A stretch of DNA of 64,000 nt from Candidatus Poribacteria bacterium (GTDB taxonomy: Bacteria > Poribacteria > WGA-4E > WGA-3G): the NCBI GenBank assembly GCA_965205015.1, contig OZ242029.1:896001-960000 (forward strand), in the 5' to 3' direction. The notes beneath the pieces are model-generated. The model worked only from the letters and a program-made list of their open reading frames with translations. It made no database searches and was not told the DNA's origin. Shown piece after piece: positions 60,395-64,000 of this stretch. A program made the translations under genes and the position numbers. The first letter of the stretch is position 1, and each line of letters starts with the position of its first letter.

Positions 60395-60571
60395 CACATC
60401 AATCGGTTCAGGACCGACCCCTACTCGCAGCCGACAGCCGATAGCCATTAAAACAAAAAACGCAGCCCGTAACGAAGTGGAGGGGTTTTTGATTGGGCAT
60501 TTCTTCAACTCGAACACAAAAACGCTCAAAGTCCGAAACATCGAAACTTATCCGCAAGGAAAATTAAAAAA

Positions 60572-61165
60572 GTGAAATATAACAGCAATGCAGGGTTTTC
60601 AAGACTTTTAGTGATATGGGGAATCACCTCGGTCCTCATCGCAGTTGGTCTCGGTGCGACGTTATTTCTGATTGAACGATCGAAGCAATCGGCGATTCCA
60701 ACAGCCCCGCCACCATTGCCTATCGCCGCGAATCCGTCAGACATACCACCACCACCACAAGAGATCAATCTCTTTCTTCTCGATACTTCTGCCCTGACGC
60801 TTGTCCCAGTTAAAACCGAACGACGACTCCATGCCGAATTTGCCAAACGCTTGAGCCAGATAGTTACAGCACTCATTCAGGAAACACCACCCAACTTTAG
60901 AAACACGATCCCGCGCGGAACAGTCCTCAACGAAGCCTACATTGATAGTCAACAAACCGCATACTTGGATTTTTCAAATCATCTCACCGATGGACATATC
61001 GGCGGGACGACAGCCGAACTTTTGACCATTACAGCAATTCTTAAAACCGTATTCGACGCATTTCCCGATGAAATTGAACAGGTTCAGATTTTAATTGATG
61101 GCGAGGAAGTGAAAACCCTCGCGGGACACCTGAATCTTTCACAGCCTTTACATCTGTTTCAATAA
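60572..61165 (+). CDS. GerMN domain membrane protein
   Basis: IPRGT, AYLDFS, GG..AE, VQILIDG...TLAGH. Confidence 0.88.
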   Translation: MKYNSNAGFSRLLVIWGITSVLIAVGLGATLFLIERSKQSAIPTAPPPLPIAANPSDIPPPPQEINLFLLDTSALTLVPVKTERRLHAEFAKRLSQIVTALIQETPPNFRNTIPRGTVLNEAYIDSQQTAYLDFSNHLTDGHIGGTTAELLTITAILKTVFDAFPDEIEQVQILIDGEEVKTLAGHLNLSQPLHLFQ

Positions 61166-61276
61166 GTGTCAAAAAAGTCTGAACTATGATTTATGTGATT
61201 ATCCGATAGGCATTGAAGGGCCCATCACCATAAGAATCAAACAAATCATAAAGACCCTGGGACTGAGGGCTATTCT

Positions 61277-61858
61277 ATGAACAAGAAACTAAAACTCATT
61301 GTTGGACTCGGCAATCCAGGAATACGCTACGAACGGACGAAACATAACGTCGGTTTTCGCGTGATTGACGCGCTCTACGAGAAATGCAGTAAAGGAGAGG
61401 TCCCCGCGCCGCATACATCAATTTGTAAATCACTCGTTAGACAGGCGACATGGCACGATCTATCAATTCTCCTTGCAAAACCGATGACCTATATGAACAA
61501 CAGTGGCACTGCTGTCGCGGCACTCATCAGACAGTTCGAGATTTCACACTCGGAATTGTGCGTCGTCTATGATGACATTCACTTAGACCTCGGTGTGCTT
61601 CGGATGCGGCAGAAAGGGAGCGATGGCGGTCAGAAGGGAATGAAGTCTATTATTCATCATTTGGGTACTACCGCATTTCCGCGCTTGCGTATCGGCATCG
61701 GCGCCCCCATCGGTGACTTAACGGATTATGTCCTTACGGATTTTACACAAGACGAAGAAATTGAGATAGCACATACCATCGACCGTGCTGTTGATGCCGT
61801 TGAAACCTTCGTCAAAGATGATATTCTTACAGCAATGAACCAATTCAACAGACGCTGA
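61277..61858 (+). CDS. pth: peptidyl-tRNA hydrolase
   Basis: GLGNPG, HNVGF, KPMTYMNNSG, YDD, RLRIGIG, DYVL. Confidence 0.96.
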   Translation: MNKKLKLIVGLGNPGIRYERTKHNVGFRVIDALYEKCSKGEVPAPHTSICKSLVRQATWHDLSILLAKPMTYMNNSGTAVAALIRQFEISHSELCVVYDDIHLDLGVLRMRQKGSDGGQKGMKSIIHHLGTTAFPRLRIGIGAPIGDLTDYVLTDFTQDEEIEIAHTIDRAVDAVETFVKDDILTAMNQFNRR

Positions 61859-61865
61859 ATGGGGG

Positions 61866-61957
61866 TCAGTTTCAGTTATCGGTTATCGGTTACAAGAGGT
61901 TTCTGTTAAACGAAACTTCTTAACTGAAAACCGAAGACCGACAACCGACAACTATTA
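61866..61957. repeat. heptamer-repeat inverted element
   Basis: (TTATCGG/TTTCAGT)n-TTACAAGAGGTTTC...GAAACTTCTTAACTG-(ACCGACA)n; relatives at 53089-53186 and 62958-63085. Confidence 0.65.
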
Positions 61958-61977
61958 TCAAACCAAACAGGAAACTG

Positions 61978-62991
61978 ATGACACATCAAACATCCGCTTT
62001 GCCGACGGAAACCGATAAAACCAAAGTACAAACCGCCATTGACGCTGTGATAAAAGCCATGCAACTCTGCGAACAAGTGCAAGTTGAAATGGTGCCAACA
62101 GATGCCATCCAAAAGACAGACCGGAGTCCCGTAACTGTTGCCGATTTCGGATCGCAGGCACTGATATGCCAAGCAATCGGCGACGCTTTTCCCGACGATG
62201 TTATTGTCGCTGAGGAAAGCGCGCAGGCACTGAAAGAGAACGTAGCACTCTTAGAACGTGTCACAGGCTACGTGAACCGATTTTGCAGAGACACACCCCA
62301 CTCGACAGCGTCCGTCTGTGAATGGATTGATCTCGGAAGTGGTGAGGTTGGACCGAACTTCTGGACCCTTGACCCGATTGACGGCACGAAAGGTTTTCTC
62401 CGCCGCGATCAGTACGCAATCGCCTTGGCTTATATCGTCGATGGCACTGTTCAACTCGGCGTTTTAGGCTGCCCAAACTTGCCATACCGATTGAACGATG
62501 GAAGCGCAGAACATGGATGCCTCTTTGTCGCCATCCGCGGTGAAGGCACGCGGCTCTACACGAAAACTGGGGACTTCATCGAGCCAGTACACGTATCGGA
62601 AACGACCCATCGCTTCGCAGAAAGCGTCGAGTCCACGCACGGGGATAGTGATGCTCACAGTCGCATCGCGAATGCCCTCGGAATTACAGAATCACCTGTT
62701 CGCATGGACAGTCAAGCGAAGTACGGCATCGTTTCCCGTGGCGAAGCGTCGCTCTACATCCGTCTCCCAAACCCGGATTATCCGGATTACCGTGAATGCA
62801 TCTGGGACCACGCTGCAGGACTTATCGTCGTCGAAGAAGCAGGAGGGACGGTAACAGACGCGAACGGGAGTCCTCTCAACTTTTTGACAGGAAAACGGAT
62901 GCATGAGAATCGAGGTATCATCGCAACCAACGGAAAACTCCATCAACAGGTTTTAATGGCAGTCAGCCGTCAGCAGTCGGCAGTCGGTTAA
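61978..62991 (+). CDS. 3'(2'),5'-bisphosphate nucleotidase (HAL2/SAL-like)
   Basis: SPVTVADFGSQA, AEE, WTLDPIDGTKGFLR, DSQAKY, WDHAAG. Confidence 0.92.
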   Translation: MTHQTSALPTETDKTKVQTAIDAVIKAMQLCEQVQVEMVPTDAIQKTDRSPVTVADFGSQALICQAIGDAFPDDVIVAEESAQALKENVALLERVTGYVNRFCRDTPHSTASVCEWIDLGSGEVGPNFWTLDPIDGTKGFLRRDQYAIALAYIVDGTVQLGVLGCPNLPYRLNDGSAEHGCLFVAIRGEGTRLYTKTGDFIEPVHVSETTHRFAESVESTHGDSDAHSRIANALGITESPVRMDSQAKYGIVSRGEASLYIRLPNPDYPDYRECIWDHAAGLIVVEEAGGTVTDANGSPLNFLTGKRMHENRGIIATNGKLHQQVLMAVSRQQSAVG

Positions 62992-63214
62992 GAGGGGCTG
63001 GTGAACCAAAGTTTCCTTCGGGAATCCGAATTCCCCTACACTGAAAGTCGATGGTTTCCGCTAACCAATACACCGAAAACTATTATCGTAAAGTGAACAC
63101 TTTCTAAAACACAAAACCCCGTGCTACCGCTGGCGAGGTTTCTAACCTCGCCAACTCCTATGTGTTCATTTAATTGTAGGATCTACCATATAACAGGAGG
63201 CTAAAAATAAAAAC

Positions 63215-64000
63215 ATGAAAGCTGGGCAAATTGTTGCACCCCGTCAGATCGAAATTGTTGACATAGAACAACCCAACCTCGCCGATTATCCTGATGGCAC
63301 AGTGATGATAAAAACCGTCCATAGCGCCATCTGTGGGACCGATATGCCGTCGTTCGTCCTTGAACATCCAGCGGAGAGTTATCCGCTTGGACCGGGACTT
63401 TCAATTCACGAGGCAATCGGCATCGTTATAGAAAGCACATCCGACAAATTCAAGGCAGGAGACGAGGTCCTCGCGCTTCCCCGCTACGTCGGCGGACTTT
63501 CAGAGTACTTCCTATCGGATGAAAGTGTCACGTTGCCGTTGACAGATTTCCCGCGAAAGGACTGCATCCTGATGTCCCAACCGCTTGGAACCGTTGTTTG
63601 GGCATGCCGGAAACTGCCGAACCTCCTGAATCTCGACACCGTCGTTGTCGGACAGGGACCGATGGGACTCCTTTTTACACACATGCTGAGCAATCTTGGC
63701 GCGAAGACAGTAATTACGACAGATATCGTCGATTTCCGACTCGCAGTTTCCAAGAAGATGCATGCGACACACACAATTAACGCTGCTCAGGAAGATCCCG
63801 CCGCTGTCATTGAGGAAATTACGGAGGGCAGAATGGCGGATCTGGTGATTGAGGTCGTTGGGCACCAAACGGAAACCATCAACGAGTGTCTTCAACTCCT
63901 GAAGCGGGACGGAACACTCCTCGCCTTCGGCGTACCGGATGACCAAATTTACGATTTCCATTTCGCAGACTTCTTCCGGAAAAATATTAGATTCATCGGC
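63215..64000 (+). CDS. zinc-binding (MDR) dehydrogenase; runs off the right edge
   Basis: Manual translation MKAGQIVAPRQIEIVD...AICGTD...HEAIG...VVGQGPMG; absent from the ORF track because it has no stop in the window. Confidence 0.88.
   Translation, partial: MKAGQIVAPRQIEIVDIEQPNLADYPDGTVMIKTVHSAICGTDMPSFVLEHPAESYPLGPGLSIHEAIGIVIESTSDKFKAGDEVLALPRYVGGLSEYFLSDESVTLPLTDFPRKDCILMSQPLGTVVWACRKLPNLLNLDTVVVGQGPMGLLFTHMLSNLGAKTVITTDIVDFRLAVSKKMHATHTINAAQEDPAAVIEEITEGRMADLVIEVVGHQTETINECLQLLKRDGTLLAFGVPDDQIYDFHFADFFRKNIRFIG

Overview
Bacterial chromosomal window with about 55 genes, nearly all on the + strand. The gene content suggests Candidatus Poribacteria, a sponge symbiont (inference only): LamG, TolB-like and Kelch proteins sharing a C-terminal V-x-x-x-x-K-L-x-T-x-W-G-x-L-K tail, a membrane-anchored ECF sigma factor, PhyH, a sulfatase and a CRTAC1-type protein. 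The window holds an N-terminally truncated IS200/IS605 TnpB at the left edge, housekeeping genes (comM, selA, AddA-like helicase, argD, ispE-tRNA-Gln-rplY...pth) and catabolic enzymes. A decaying defence island of about 13 kb (37.6-50.5 kb) carries XRE-IrrE + DUF4411 PIN, a HEPN-DUF499 ATPase, a DUF1156 methyltransferase, a GIY-YIG nuclease and several chimeric or truncated relics. Several families of small palindromic or MITE-like repeats are present. The strongest candidates for undescribed biology are (i) a shared C-terminal putative sorting signal on 7 unrelated exported proteins plus an orphan relic copy, (ii) the helicase-less DUF499/DUF1156 defence locus and its deletion scars, (iii) a PhyH enzyme with HxG in place of HxD, and (iv) an ART-fold/HEAT fusion. 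All calls come from motif recognition by eye; no database searches were run.
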